Shown one piece after another: positions 1 to 13,620 of a stretch of DNA of 64,000 nt. The DNA comes from Chiloscyllium plagiosum. Its lineage: Eukaryota. Both the position numbers and the translations under genes were made by a program. The DNA lies in NCBI RefSeq assembly GCF_004010195.1, contig NC_057728.1, forward strand, positions 50,922,048-50,986,047, written 5' to 3'. Each line of letters starts with the position of its first letter. The stretch's first letter is position 1. A model generated the notes under the pieces. It was not told the origin of the DNA. It saw nothing but the letters and a program-made list of their open reading frames with translations, and ran no database searches.

Positions 1-2432
1 GGTAAACAACTCCCAAATGTTTATACCAAGTCGTAAACAGTCACATACCATGGTCGATATAAGGTGCCAGTTTGTCTAACAGACTAACACAAAACCTTCC
101 ACATTTAGTCAATACAGGAAACTGCAGGTTGCAGGTTACAGGACAGGTCACAACATGTCCTGGCTGCAGTTTTAATTGAGGTCAGAGTTCAAGCTAACTT
201 GACCAAAGTTCCCAGCATGCTTGATAAAAGCTCTTAACCAGTCTTGTAGTCACTTCTCCTGATGGCCAGCTGACCACAAACTTTTATCAGAATTTTAGAG
301 ATGGTATTCTGGAGCAGTATTCATTGGTAATTGGAGAAGTAATGGGTTAGTAAATTAACATTTTAATGGGATATGTTGTACAAATATCTCAGTTGGTTTA
401 GTCGATGAAATAGTGGAGAGGTTGGATGAGTGTCACATAATTGATGTGAGTATGGACTTTCAATGGCATTTGACATAGCATGTGGATGTGACACAGGCAA
501 GTCCAGCAATTGTTGTCTGTTCCTAATTACTATGGAACTGAATGGTTTGCCAAACCAGTGCAGAGGGCAGTGAAGAATTGATCACAGTTCTGTGACATGT
601 TGGTCAGCGTGGGTAAAAATGGCAGATTTCCAACATCAATAATAACGTAGAGGCATTAGCAGTTGGAATTTTACCACAGCTGCAGCTGCTGTGTTCCTCC
701 AGCACTTTCTGCTTTCATTACCTCTGGAGTCCACCTTGCAGAAAATTAAAGCCAAGTTTTAAAGCGTAATGGAAGCAGGAATACAATGTTAGCTCAGGGA
801 GAGAAAGAAGAGTTACTTTTCAGATGGGAAATAAGTGCACAGAAACAGAGAACTCCAGGAACTCAGACGCATAAATAGTTGAAAGTCGGAAGCCAATTTG
901 AGAGGTTTGTTTAAAAGGATATCTTAGATATTGGCTTTATCAATTGAGCCGTAGCATACAAAAGTAGAGAGGTCATACTAAATCGTTATAAAACAGTTGT
1001 AAGGCCCCAGTTGGGGTATTGCATTTGATTTTGGATACCACACATTAGGAGAGATGTCACTGCCTTAGAATGGATGCATGTTGCGATCCCAGACCATAAT
1101 ACCAAATTATGTTTCAGAGAAACATAGAAGCTAGCAGCAGGAGTCAGCCATTTAACGCTTTGAGGCTGCTCTGCCTTTCAGTGTTACCATGGCTGATCAT
1201 CTATCTCAATACCATTTTCCTGCTTTCTCCCCAGACACCTTGATGTGATCAAAATATAGAGACTTGTTAGTGTCTTTCTTGAATATACTCAGTGATGTGA
1301 TTCTGCACAGGCTTCTGTGGTAGAGAATTCCATAAGTTGATCACCCTCTGGGTGAAGAAATGTTTCCTCATCTCAGTCCTCAAGGGTCTATCATGTATCC
1401 TCGGGCTTGGGGAAAACACCCTCCCTGAATCTCATCTGAACCACCCTGTTAGAATTGTATACGTTTCAATCAGATTCCCTCACATTCTTCTAAGCTCTAG
1501 TCAATACAGACACATTTGAACCAATCTCTCCTCATAGGACTGTCCAGCCTTCCCCAGTATCAGTAAAGTGAACCTCCACTACATTCCCATCTTGACATGT
1601 GTATCTTTTTTTTGTCTGACATAGACTTTAAGATCTGGATGTTTTTCTAACCTTTTGGTTTTCTTTTTCTGCTGTATTGGTTTTGAGATTCTGGGTTTGT
1701 AACCAAGATGGCTCTGGAAAATAGCAACTTTGTACACTTTTTACTGTACTCATGTATTACTACACTTTAATTATATGTTACAATAAAAATCTAATTATTC
1801 TAATTCTTCAGTAGGGAAAGCAAAATAATCTGGTTATGGATCAGTAATCTTTATTTTTAAGGTAGGAAATGTGTGAGAACCAGGGGACTTGGACAATAAA
1901 GCCACACAATTCCATGGTTTTGAATTAGCTGCAACATTTTTTAATGTACCAGTTAGAAAAGTAACACAGTCTACAATAAATGTACAACTTATTTCTAATA
2001 CCCAGAATTAACGTGCAGTAAATATGGATGACAGACTGTGATCCATCACCAACAGAGCACATCAAAAAGCAAATGTGATCAAGGCAGTTCCAACAGATTT
2101 GTGAACCATTTTCCCCAGATGTTAATGATACAGTGCATGAGCAGGATTGCTAAAAGCACAGCTTACCAGGGAGTCTACATCTCACTCCATCTCACATACT
2201 CACTGATTTTTCCACTGCCTGTAACTAATAAACTCCTCAACTGTGCTCTTTGAACTGTCCGAATGAAAACCTTGTGACTAGTCTCAGTCTTATTTTTAAG
2301 CAGGATTGCCTGAAACTGATACATTTTGGAACCACCAAATGTTGTATTCCTTTGGAATGTGCTTGTGCCTTGAACATTGCATTCTCTCAGATTGTTGACT
2401 TACAGCACAACCTGCTTATAAGACCATAAGAC

Positions 2433-2540
2433 NNNNNNNNNNNNNNNNNNNNNNNNNNNNNNNNNNNNNNNNNNNNNNNNNNNNNNNNNNNNNNNNNNNN
2501 NNNNNNNNNNNNNNNNNNNNNNNNNNNNNNNNNNNNNNNN
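2433..2540. other. Assembly gap (108 N)
   Basis: Run of N. Confidence 1.
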
Positions 2541-2595
2541 GTCCACCCTTTCCAAGCCATGTATTATCTTGTAAGTTTCTATTAGATCTCCCCTT

Positions 2596-2897
2596 ATGAT
2601 CAAAGAAAGGTTCATCCCAATGCAGTGTTACAGGAATGGTATCCAGAATGGGGGTGGGGGGGTGGTAGGTGAGGAGGCTGAAACATAGAGAGACTGGAGA
2701 GGCTGCAGTTATTCTTCTTACAGAAGGAGGACATTAAGCAGAGGGGATGATCAAAGAAAGGTTCATCCCAATGCAGTGTTACAGGAATGGTATCCAGAAT
2801 GGGGGTGGGGGGGTGGTAGGTGAGGAGGCTGTAAGATAGAGAGACTGGAGAGGCTGCAGTTATTCTCCTTACAGAAGGAGGACATTAAGCAGAGGGG
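2596..2897 (+). repeat. 151-bp direct tandem duplication within a decayed CR1 fragment
   Basis: 2596-2746 and 2747-2897 differ at about 3 positions. Confidence 0.9.
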
Positions 2898-3304
2898 TTT
2901 AAAATCACGAAGGGTTTTTATTGAGTGAAGAGGGAGAAAATATTTCCAAGCCAATGAGGTGGCTCTAATTTCAGGTGATTGTTAAAGGATAAGATGTGGA
3001 TACCTTTCTTTTACACAGTGTGCATTATCTGATAGGCTGGTAGAAGGGGAGTCAATAGTGAGTTTGAAAACGTAATCAAAAAAAGTACTTGAAGGGTGGA
3101 GATTATACAGCTGTGGGGAAGGTTCAAGGGGGTTTGATGGGGAGTGGGGCGGAGGTGGCATAACCTGAGATTTCTTTCAAAGGGCAGCAGGGGGCACGAT
3201 AGGCCGAATAGCTTCCTGTATCGTTCGATGATTCTCATTGCAATCAATGGGAAAATCTTTCTCCTTGTAGCTTTTGACTTTTTTTTGTTGTTGTTTGTGT
3301 ATAG

Positions 3305-3409
3305 TTAAATGAAGAGCTGAAGCAGAACCTGAACAAAACGATGATGGAGAATTATGCACGGCCTGGGGAGGAGGTGGTTACCTATTCCATCGACCAGCTC
3401 CAGCAAGAC
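3305..3409 (+). CDS. TSPAN11: Tetraspanin (TSPAN11-like) internal coding exon, start of large extracellular loop
   Basis: T-rich tract and AG at 3303-3304, GT donor at 3410. 105 nt, phase 0, LNEELKQNLNKTMMENYARPGEEVVTYSIDQLQQD; resembles the TSPAN11/CD151 helix A/B region. Confidence 0.9.
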
Positions 3410-3754
3410 GTACGGAATTAACCTTTGGGGGCTTTCCTTCTTCTGGGTGGGCCCCTGTGATCTTTAGATGGCTCATATTCGATATGTAATTGATTACTGA
3501 GAAGATTATCACTATCAGCAGGGACGTTAATTAAGAATGCATTACTGAATTAATCACTGCGCACCAAAAAAAAATTACCTGGTCATTTTCTTTCATCTTT
3601 ATGGGATGTATATGTCATTGGCTGGGCCAGTATTTATTGCGCATCTCTAGTTGCCCTTGAGAACGTGGTGGTGAACTGCCATCTTGTGCAGTCCATGTGC
3701 TGCAGTTGGACCCACAAAGCCATTAGGGAGGGAGTTCCAGGATTATATTAGCGT

Positions 3755-4873
3755 GATTGTAGATGACATCTAAATTGGTGGTATGGTGGACAGTGAAGAA
3801 GATTATCTCAAAATACACCAGAACCTTGATCAGATGGGGTGAGGATTGACAGATGGAGCTTAACTTAGATACATGTGAGGTGCTGCATTTTGGAAAGGTA
3901 AATCAGGGCAGGGCTTACACAGGAAATGGTTGGACTATGGGGAGTGTTGCTGAACAAAGAGACCTAAGGGTGCAGGTTCATTGTTCCTTGAAAGTGGAGT
4001 CGCAGGTAGACAGGGTGGTGAAGAGGGAGTTTGGTAAGCTTGCCTTCATTGGTCAGTGCATTGAGTCTGGAAGTTATGGCATCATGTTGCAGCTGTACAG
4101 AACATTGGGGAGACCAATTTGGAATACTGCATTCATCTCTAGTCTCTCTCATATAGGAAAGATGTTGATAAACTTGAAAGGGTTGGAGGTTTTGAGCGAT
4201 AGGGAGAGGCTGAATAGGTTGGGGCTATTTTTCCCTGGAGCATCGGTGGCTGAAGGCTGACTTTATAAAGGTTTATAAAATCATGAAGGGCATGAATAGG
4301 GTAAATAGATAAGGTATGTTCTGCAAACTAGGGGAGTCCAAATCTAGAGGGCATAGGTTTAAGGTGAGAGGGGCAAGTTTTAAAAGGGACCTATGGGGTA
4401 ACTGTTTCACGCAGAGGGTGGTGCATGTATGGAACGAACTGCCAAAGGATGTGGTGGAGGCTGGTACAATTACATTTAAAAGGCATCTGGATGGGTACAT
4501 AAATAGGAAGGGTTTAGAGGGATATGGGCCAAGTGCTGGCAAATGGGACTCGAACAGTTGAGGATATCTGGTTGGCACAGATGCATTCATAGAATCCCTA
4601 CAGTGTAGAAACAGGCCCACCAAGTGTCCTATTCAAACCCACCTCCCTCCCTATCCCTGCATTTCCCATGACCAATCCCCCTAACCTACACATCTTTGAA
4701 CTGTAGGAGGAAACTCACCCAGACACAGGGAGAATGTGCAAACTCCACACAGACAGTGGAATTGAACCTGGGTCCCTGGTGTTGTGAGGCAACAGTGCTA
4801 ACCATTGAGCCACCGTGCCATCCCAAGTTGGATTGAAGGGTCTGTTTCCATGCTATCCAATTCTATGACTCTA
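3755..4873 (+). mobile_element. CR1 LINE 3' fragment (RT C-terminus and 3' UTR), interrupted by an HE1 SINE
   Basis: ORF pieces CEVLHFGK, LQLYRTL, RGHRFKVRG, WNELP; tail aagggtctgtttccatgct...ctatgactcta. Confidence 0.9.
4586..4818 (-). mobile_element. HE1-type tRNA-derived SINE (partial) nested in the CR1 3' UTR
   Basis: Reverse complement begins ggcacggtggctcaatggttagcactg; CR1-like tail ctgtttctacactgtagggattc. Confidence 0.85.
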
Positions 4874-5330
4874 TAGATATATTTTCAGGTCGGGATGGTG
4901 AATGGATTAGAGAAGAACTTGCAGATGATGGTGTTCTACATTGTTGTTTGTGGGAGCTTCCTGTGCTCAGGTGAGCTGCTGCACCCCATGCAGTTCAATT
5001 GCCCAGTCAAAGAGTATTTCATTGATCTATAAAATGCTTTGTGACATTTAGAAGCACCATCTAAATGTCGGTTTTTCTTTTTGGTTTCAGAAAATATAAC
5101 AGATTGTTTATTTTGTATAAAGGCCTATTTTCTATTTTGCTGAGAAGAATTTTGCATTTTGTTTTAACTGGAGTACAATATGAGACTCTGAGGAGGTTAA
5201 CAACAACAACTCACATTTGTGTGGTACCTTTAACATTCTTGTACACAAAGTGGATTTTTAAGAATGTTTTCATTGGATGTGGGCATCACAGGCAAGGCCA
5301 GCGCCTGCTGCCCATGTCCACCTTTCTATA

Positions 5331-6092
5331 TTCACTCGTGGGATGTGGGCATTGTTGGCTTGCCAATATTTATTGTCCATCCCTAGTTACCCTCAAGATG
5401 GTGGTGGTGAGCTGCCTTCTTGAACCGCTGCAGTCCACCTGCTGTAGGTTGATCCACAATGCCATTAGAGAGGGAGTTCCAGGTTTTTGACCCAGTGACA
5501 GTGAAGGAATGGTGTCAAGATTTTCACCACCACCAGGATGGCAATGTCTTGGTGGTATCCTTGAAGGTGGTGGTGTTCTGTGTACCTGGTGCCCTTGTCC
5601 TTCCAGATTGAAGTGTTGTGTGTTTGGAAGGTGCTGTCTAAGGATATTTGGTGAATTTCTGCAGTGCGTCTTGTACATAGTACACACTGCTGCTACTGAG
5701 TGTCAGTGGTGGAGGAAGAGGATTCTTGTGGATGTGGTGCCAATCAAGTGGGCTGCTTTGTCCTGGATGATGTCAAGCTTTTTGAGTGATTTTCGCAGCT
5801 GCACTTATCCAGGCAAGTGGAGAGTATTCCATCACACTCCTGAGTTGTAGATGGTGGCCAGGCCTTGCAGAGTCAGGAGGTGAGTTACTCGCTGCAGTAT
5901 TCCTAGCCTCTGACCTGCTCTTGTAGACACTGTGTTTACATGACAAGTCCAGTTGATTTTCAGGTCAATGGTAACTCCCAGGATGTTGATAGTGGGGGAT
6001 TCAGTGATGATAACATTCATTGAATGGTAAGGGACGTGAAGGGTAGATTGTCTGTTATTGGAGACGGTTGTTGTTTGGTGTTTGTGTGGTGT
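5331..6092 (-). mobile_element. CR1-group (Zenon-like) LINE 3' fragment
   Basis: Minus-strand peptides NILGVTID...WTCHVN...RAGQRLGILQR and LRQHLPN; homologous to 33211-33970. Confidence 0.75.
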
Positions 6093-6302
6093 ATTTTGGC
6101 CTGAGGGTCTTGTAACGCCATTTCAGAGGGCAGTTAAATATCAACCACATTGCTGTGGGTCTGGAGTTACACGTAGGCCAGAGCAGGTAAGCTCAGAGGA
6201 TTTCTCTCTCTTGAGGATGTTCATAAACCAGCTGCATTTTTACAACAATCGATGATAGTTTTATAGTCCCTGTATGCTAAGGCAAGCTTTCAATTCCAGA
6301 TG

Positions 6303-6428
6303 GCAGAAGTGGGTACTGCAGATGCTGGAGGCTGGAGTCAAGATTAGAGTGGTGCTGGAAAAGCACAGCAGGTCAGGCAGCATCCGAGAAGCAGGAAAAT
6401 CGATGTTTCAGGCAGAAGCCCTTCATCA
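6303..6428 (-). mobile_element. PLE-derived hammerhead element, family A (single arm)
   Basis: Minus strand TGATGAAGGGCTTCTGCCTGAAACATC...; flanked by caattccagatg/caactccagatg near-duplication. Confidence 0.75.
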
Positions 6429-6861
6429 ACTCCAGATGTTAATTTTTAAAATTCTCACCCTATTTAGTTTGATTCGAACCGATGTCCTTAGATCATTAGT
6501 CAGGGTGAGTGAATTGCTAGTCAAGGAACATGGCCATTATGCTTACCAATGCCTACTGTTGAGAGGCTGTTTTCCCTGCCTGGGGAGACAAGAACAAAGA
6601 CTTAGAATTTGTCTAAGACTAAGATTAAGCCTGAAAACCAGTATTTGTTGCCGATTGCCCTTGAACTGAGTGACTCGCTCAGCTTTTGGAGATGGACAGA
6701 TTTTAATTAACAAAAAGGATTGAAGGGTTCTGGAGAGCAGGCAGGAAGGTGGGTTTGAGGCCAAGATAGGACCAGCCACGATCGGATAGCATATCGAAGC
6801 AGGCTGAATGTCCTACTCCTGCTCCTCGTTCTTATGTTCGCGTATTCTTGTGTCCTTACAG

Positions 6862-7020
6862 TTCAAGTGCTGCGGCAGCAACAGTTCCGCTGACTGGCAG
6901 CACAGTGCTTACATCCTCTCCCCTACATCAGGTAACAGACTCGTACCTGACAGCTGCTGTAAGACAGTCACTGAGGCCTGTGGCCGGAGAGACCATCCAT
7001 CAAATATCTACAAGGTGGAG
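6862..7020 (+). CDS. TSPAN11: Tetraspanin (TSPAN11-like) exon with CCG motif
   Basis: cttacag acceptor and GTAAGC donor at 7021. 159 nt, FKCCGSNSSADWQHSAYILSPTSGNRLVPDSCCKTVTEACGRRDHPSNIYKVE. SNSSADWQHS and HPSNIYKVE are TSPAN11-type rather than CD151-type. Confidence 0.93.
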
Positions 7021-7671
7021 GTAAGCAAAATATTGCAACCTACGACTTTCAGCTTTGGAAATGAGATCACAGTGATGGGCAATGTTACAGAGGGGATTGT
7101 TGCGACTGAGAGTTTACAGTGATAATTTGATTCCACTTTGACTCCTTACCCCACCCCCTTCACCACCAACACTGTGGACTGCAGGCCACAGACAATGCCT
7201 CAGTAACTGCATTATTCAGCAAGAATGCTACAGCACTGGTTTCAAATCCTTCCCTGCTCTCACCCATTCCTATCTCTCCAAACTCCCCAGCCTCATGACC
7301 CTCCTAGATCTCTGCATCCCTCCAATTCTGGACTCCTTTGGAGTGTTGTTGGTAAATCATTACAATGAATTTATAGAAGCATTGGAATGTATACAATTAG
7401 AAATGATCTACTTATGATCTATTAATCTACTGGAAATTGTCTATTAATCTCAACACTCAGAAACAGAATGCCATGAGTGTAATGTTCTGGGCAATGTTCC
7501 TTGTTTGATCAGTTTTTAATCGTTTATCTTTCGTACTTGATGTTTGACTGATATATGTGCGTTGTTTTCTCCTCCTTGTGGTTTCTGTTCTTTTTGATAT
7601 TTCACGTTTCTAACTTACTACTCTGTGCTTGAATACTTCTCTATTTGACCTGCCTTTTTACAATCTGTTTT

Positions 7672-7860
7672 GATGTGGGGGTTGGACTAGGGTGGACAAG
7701 GTCAGAGGTCACACGACACCAGGTTACAGTTCGACAGGTTTATATGAAATCACAAACCTTCAGAGCTCCTTTGTCAGTGACAAAGAGGCAGCGCTCCGAA
7801 AGCTTGTGATTTCAAATGAACCTGTTGGACTATAATCTGGTGTCATGTGTCTCCTGACTC
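7672..7860. mobile_element. Fold-back hammerhead element, family B (degenerate)
   Basis: Inverted arms cacacgacaccaggttacagttcgacagg / cctgttggactataatctggtgtcatgtg; degenerate core TGACAAAGAGGCAGCGCTCCGAAAGCTT at 7778-7805. Confidence 0.7.
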
Positions 7861-8309
7861 GATCTGATTTGAAAAGCCTTGGTCAATATTGTTGTCATGG
7901 TTCCCAACTCTGTTAGCAAAGCTAAGGTTTTGGAGCACGGCAGCACCTCATCAGGCTGACCTTGCCTGTACCTACAGTCTGGCGAAACTGAAGTGTTGTC
8001 ATTTTGTAAATCCCACCAGCATTGTCAAACATCAGCCGTCCAGAGCACCTTGACTGGGGAGGGTATGGGGGCAGATGTACAAGGGTATTGAGAGGTTTGG
8101 GTGATGAGGAAAGATTGGATAGACTGTGGTTGATTTCTTTCATCAGAGGAGGCTGAGGGGTGGCTTAATCGAGATGTATAAAATTAAGACATTCTGTGTA
8201 GAGTATAGGGATGACTTTGGCAGAGGGACCAATGACCCCTGGATATAATTGGTCAAAGAATTAGAGGGAAGATGGGTGTTGTGGTATAATTTGATGAGGA
8301 AACATGCTA

Positions 8310-8627
8310 CAGGTACACAGTCCGTTATCTGAAATCCTTGGGACCAGTTGTTTTTCGGAATTTTCCAGGTTTCGGAATAAATGATATTTTCACGGTGAAA
8401 TAAAAAGAATTACCTAACAGCAGACCCATGTGTGGATAGTACGAGCGCTGAGACACAATTGACACCTGCCAGTGCTGGGCCAGACCACCATGTCACATCT
8501 GAGAGATGGGGTTCGAGTGGGGATGGAGTTGGGTCACCTGATCGTGCCAAAATGACACTCCACAATCCACGAAAAAGGTTTTGGATTTTGGAGCTTTTCA
8601 GATTTTGGATAAAGGATTGTGTACCTG
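8310..8627. mobile_element. Tc1/mariner-pogo (Tigger-like) MITE
   Basis: TA flanks at 8308-8309 and 8628-8629. About 25-bp imperfect TIRs, CAGGTACACAGTCCGTTATC versus the reverse complement of GATAAAGGATTGTGTACCTG. Confidence 0.85.
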
Positions 8628-10965
8628 TAACGGGCAAGTGACTGGGATGTAGAGTGTGCAGCAAGCAGTGATTGTCTGCAGCATGTAGCGTGCGAGTGTG
8701 GAGCTGTGCTTTTCTGTCATGATACTGGTTGAGTCTCATTGATAAACCTGTCTGCTGAGCTCAGCTGTAACAGACCTTCACATAAACAGAACCGACACCA
8801 GTTTACCAGTCCTGCTGTGAGATTAATAAGTTTGTATTGGTAAACACTGTGATGAAGTTACCTAATATATTATTACTGCTGAGCACTCAGGTTCTCAAGT
8901 GGAGCAATGATCCCAGAAGCACAGGCGTCTTACGGTGCAGAAAGAGGCTATTCAGCCCATCGGCCCTGCACTGACTGAGTATCATTATCCAGTGTCAATC
9001 TCCTGCATTTTCCCCCATATCCTTGTACTTTATTTTTAACCATATAATCATCCAAAGCCCTCTTGAATGATTCAATTAAACCTGCTTCCTTGGCAGTGCA
9101 TTCCATACTCTACCTAGTCAGAGAGTAGGAAAGTTTCTGTTCCTCATATCATCATTGCTTCTTTTGCAAATCATTTTAAATTCTATGCCTTCTCCTACTT
9201 ATTTTCTTTTATGAGCCTGTCTACATTATCCAGCCCAAGTCCAAACTTGGAAACCTCTATCAGAACACCTCTTGGCCTTCTTCTTTCCAAGTTAAGCAGT
9301 CCCAATTCATAGAGTCATACAGCACGGAAACAGACCCTTCAATCCAACCAGTCCATGCCGACCATAATTCCAAACTAGGCTTGCCCCACCTGCCTGCACT
9401 TGGCCCATATCCCTCAAACATTTCTTGTTCATGGACTTATCTAAGTTCTTCAGTCTGTCCTCATAACTCAAGTTTCTCATCCCTGCATGCATTCTTGGAA
9501 CATGTTTGTATACCTCGGTGGCACCAGACCATGTTTCTTGTTGGACACCTCCTACAATGTAACACTCAGGACTGTATACAGAACTCCAGCTGAGATCAAA
9601 CTCGTGTCTTATACGAGTTCAGCACCACTTCCTCACTCTTGTCCTCCATGCCCCTATTAGTTAAGCCAAGGACACTGTATGCTTGATTATCTTTTCTCTC
9701 CACGCACCTTCAATGATTTGTACACCCAGGTCCAATTGTTTCTCCACCCCCTATTTTATATTATTTTCAATGTTCCTCCTATCAGACTGCATTACCCTGA
9801 AATTCTCTGTATTAACTTCATCTGTCCTCCATCTGCCCATGCTGTGTAATGCTAATTGCGTCTCATTTCACATTATCACTCTGGGACCAGCTAGCACAGG
9901 GATTGAACCCTTACATTTCACCGTCCAGCCAGTTGAGCTAACTGATCTTCAAATCTTCTGAGTCCTCTGTTTATTTGTTTGAACATAGCAGTGGTCACTG
10001 ATTGCACAGGGTCCTACACAGCACTGGAGTCAACCGACAGCTGCACTGTGCATCATGCAGAGTCATTTTCCTTTACAATTACTGAAATGAGATGGAAACA
10101 TGTTAGTGATTTTTAATGCACCATTCAAGTGGTAATAGGAGACAAGAGAATTTACTGAAGTGAGTGTTTTAATCTGCTGGACCATATTGAACATAACTGT
10201 TGTCTCTCTAAAAGGCTGGGAAGTGTTCTAAAGGAAATAAACACAACAGATCACGACCTGGAGCCCGAAGAGGTTTGTGACGCATGAGATAAAATCATTC
10301 AAGATGTTGATGAGAAGCTTGTAAAGCACAAATTGAATAATGATTACAAGCAATATTTTGTTTTTGAAATTACTGGATTAATAACACAGAGATGGGGACT
10401 AATTCAGATATCTGGATTGTCAGGCCGTCAGAGACGGGCTCAGAGGCAGGAAATCAGGAAAATGAGGACATCTCCAGTGCCAGAAACAACATTGACTTGA
10501 AGGCAGGCTGTCAATAACATTATCAATTCACAAATTGCCAATAGATACTGTTGTGACACAGTGTTAGTGTCCCTACCTCTGATCAAGAGGCCCTGGTTCA
10601 AGCCCCACCTGCTGCAGAGGTGTTAGAAACACATCTGAACAGGTTGGTTAAAAATATCCCCACCAATTAGCCGCCATTTTCCCCTCAGGGCTGCCATTTT
10701 CCCAGCTGCACAGGGCCCTGCTGTGCGTGGGGGCTGCCATCTGCAAATAGATGGTTTCCCACTGGGAGTGGAGGCCTGAGTTTCCGAATGCTCCATTTGC
10801 TGGAGAGGGATGCTCTGTAGCAGCTGACGGAATACCCCCACCCAGGACAAAGTCCGCAGTGCACTGAATCTGGTGCTGCCAAGGGAGGGGTAACCCCTCT
10901 GAGTGCCACGGGTGGTCTATCTGAGCCCACGGGCACAAAAATACACTTGTTACTCCGCCCGTGAA

Positions 10966-11275
10966 GATTGGATTAGATTACCTACAGAATGGAAACAGGC
11001 CCTTTAGCCCAACAAGTCCACACCAGCCCTCCGAAGAGCAACCCACCAAGACCCATTCCCCTACCCTATATTTACCCCTGACTTATGCACCTAACAGTAG
11101 GGGCAATTTAGCATGGCCAATTCACCTGACCTGCACATATTTGGATTGTAGGAGGAAACCCACACATACACAGGGAGAATGTGCAAACTCAACACAAACA
11201 GTTACCCGAGGCTGGAATTGAACCCGGGTCACTGGCGCCGTGAGGCAGTAGTGCTAACCACTGAGCCACCGTGCC
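10966..11275 (-). mobile_element. HE1-type SINE, near full length
   Basis: tRNA-like head (ggcacggtggctcagtggttagcact, B box gggttcaattcc) and (tctaa)n tail on the minus strand. Confidence 0.9.
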
Positions 11276-11914
11276 GTCCGTAATTGAAAATTGGAGCCAC
11301 TCTCTTCTTTCTCCTTCACAGCCTCAGCAATGGTCACCTCATATCGGGACTGCGGCCTTTGGCCTGAGAGCTGCTGAGCCTCTGAATGGCTCCATAACTC
11401 CCAGAGTGAGGCAGCCATGTTTGTTGAACAGTAGGCCCAGGAACACCTTTCTGCTGGCTGTGACAGTATGCCCATTGCCCTCCAGCACGCCATCTACTTT
11501 GTCCTTCTGAAATTGTGGCGCCATATTCAACCCCCACACAACAGCTCGGAATCTAGATTCAATTGTTCTTAAAATTCTGGAATGAGAAAGCAACTTATCT
11601 CAGTCATGCTGACCACAAAGTTACCAACCGCTGCTATCTTAATTCACTATGGAGAGAAAAATGTTATCCTTAGCCCTTCCAGTCTATGTGTGGCCTCAGG
11701 TCGACAGAAATATGAGTGATTCTTAAAATGGCCACTCAAGTTCATAAAGTCATAAAAATTTAGAAGCAGGAGTAGGCCGTTTGACCCTTTAAGCCTACTC
11801 TGACATTGAATAAAATTGTGGCTGATGGGTGTGTCACTTTCCTGCCCATTCCCCAGAATCCTTGATTCCTTTGTCAAACACAACTCTAACTCAGACTTGA
11901 ATATATTCAGTATT

Positions 11915-13620
11915 TAAGAAGGTGCTAAGAGTAATGGAGAATAACAGAGATAGTAAGAGAGAGCTGGACAGTAAAGTAGACAGCTCAGAGAGCAACCCAC
12001 CTACAATTTCATTAGCCAGTGCTGAGATACTGGGACAGGAGCTATTCTCATACTTAGAGGAAGGACAACAGAAAGATTTAGTAAGACTACTTAGGAAATA
12101 CCAGAAAGTCATGCCTGATGTATTTATTAGATTTCTTTGTGGAATTGTTAGATTAACCCAACGATATAATATATTCAAAGTTCCATTTACTAAGGTACTG
12201 CACATTAGGCTATTTAATAAGATAAGATCTCATGTTGTCAGGAGTGATATATTGCCTTGGATGGAGGATTAGCTAACTAAAGAAGGTACAGTTGTGATAA
12301 GGGAAGCATTTTCAAGATGGCAACTTGTAATTGGTGGAATGCCAAAGGGATCAATGCTAGGGCCACAATTATTTACAGTGTATCTTAATAATTTGGATGA
12401 CAAAAGTAAATGCACTATTGGCAAGTCTGCAGATGGCAAAAAGTAGATTAGATTAGATTAGATTCCCTACAGGATTCCCTGCAGTAGATGGGGAGTATTG
12501 ACACACAGAGTCTTGGAGGAATATAGACATGTTAACTGAGTAGCAAAAACTTGGCAAGTTGAATATAATGTGAGAAAATTTAAGGTTCTGCACTTTGGCA
12601 TGAAGAATTAAAAAGATGAATATTATTTAAATGGAGGAAGACAGCAGAAACCCACAGCACAAAGGGATTTGAGGGTTCACATGCGTGAATCACAAAAAGC
12701 TGGAATCCAGGTTCAGTCGGTCACAGAGCAGGCAAATCGAATGTTAACCTTTACACCGGGTAGAAGATTGTATCGATAGAGTTAGCAGTGTTCCAATTCC
12801 TTACTAAGGTCGATGTATTGAAGTACTACAGGCAAGTGCTAACTGCATTACTATTGAAGTACTACAGGCAAGTACTAATTGCATTAAGAGATGTCAGTTT
12901 TTGTTACACCAAATGAGTTAAATCTATGCTAGGTCATAAATTTACAAATGCCCCAGCTGTATTCCAGAGGCTTTTGAATCAAGTTATAATTGGTGTGTCG
13001 AAGAGACTGGATTATCTAGACTGTGTACTAATGTACAGTAATACCCAAGGAAATATGTGTAACACAATCAGAACTCTTATTTAAGCAGTTGGATAGCTGG
13101 TTTTGTAATAAATCTTGACAAGAGTGAATTTTCAAAATTGAGGGAAGCTTTCCTAACCACGTTTCCAAACAATGCCAGATGGTGTTAAGAAGCTGAAGGC
13201 TATACGAATGAATAGGCGAAAGTGAGGACTGCAGATGCTGGAGATCAGAGGCAAGATTAGAGTGGTGCTGGAAAAGCACAGTCAGGCAGTTTCTTGCTTC
13301 TCAGATGCTGCCTGACCTGCTGTGCTTTTCCAGCACCACTCTATCCTAATGAATAGTCTGGTGTTGCTCATCCCTGACTTGTATTAAGCCTTTTAAAATG
13401 GCAGTTGATGCTGTTGGGAGCATCTTATTGCAAGATGACCAATTAGGAATAGGGAAAACAATGAGGTGCTTCAAAAGAAACTGAACTAATGTCAGAAGAT
13501 GTAATCCACAGTTGGAAAGGAGACTTTGGAATTACTACTGGCTCTTAAACATTTTGAAGTTTATGCCCATCATGAGGACAAGGAACATTAATATAAAAGA
13601 GGATCTGAATGTCCACCCTA
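11915..13620 (+). mobile_element. Decayed Ty3/Gypsy LTR-retrotransposon pol fragments (RT and RNase H)
   Basis: Frameshifted peptides RVEDCIDRV..FLTKVDVLKYYRQV (~12757-12840), NAPAVFQRLLNQV..YLD, KPFKMAVDA..LLQ, STVGKETLELLLALKHFEVY. Interrupted by an old CR1 (~12150-12755) and a family A element. Confidence 0.75.
13216..13347 (-). mobile_element. Fold-back family A element with ribozyme core deleted
   Basis: Inverted arms; 9-bp TSD AATGAATAG at 13207-13215 and 13348-13356. Confidence 0.8.

Noticed and set aside
6862..7020. Assignment as CD151
   Set aside because: FKCCGSNSSADWQHS, HPSNIYKVE, LEQxLA and GVACLQ match TSPAN11 better. A phylogeny would be needed for certainty.
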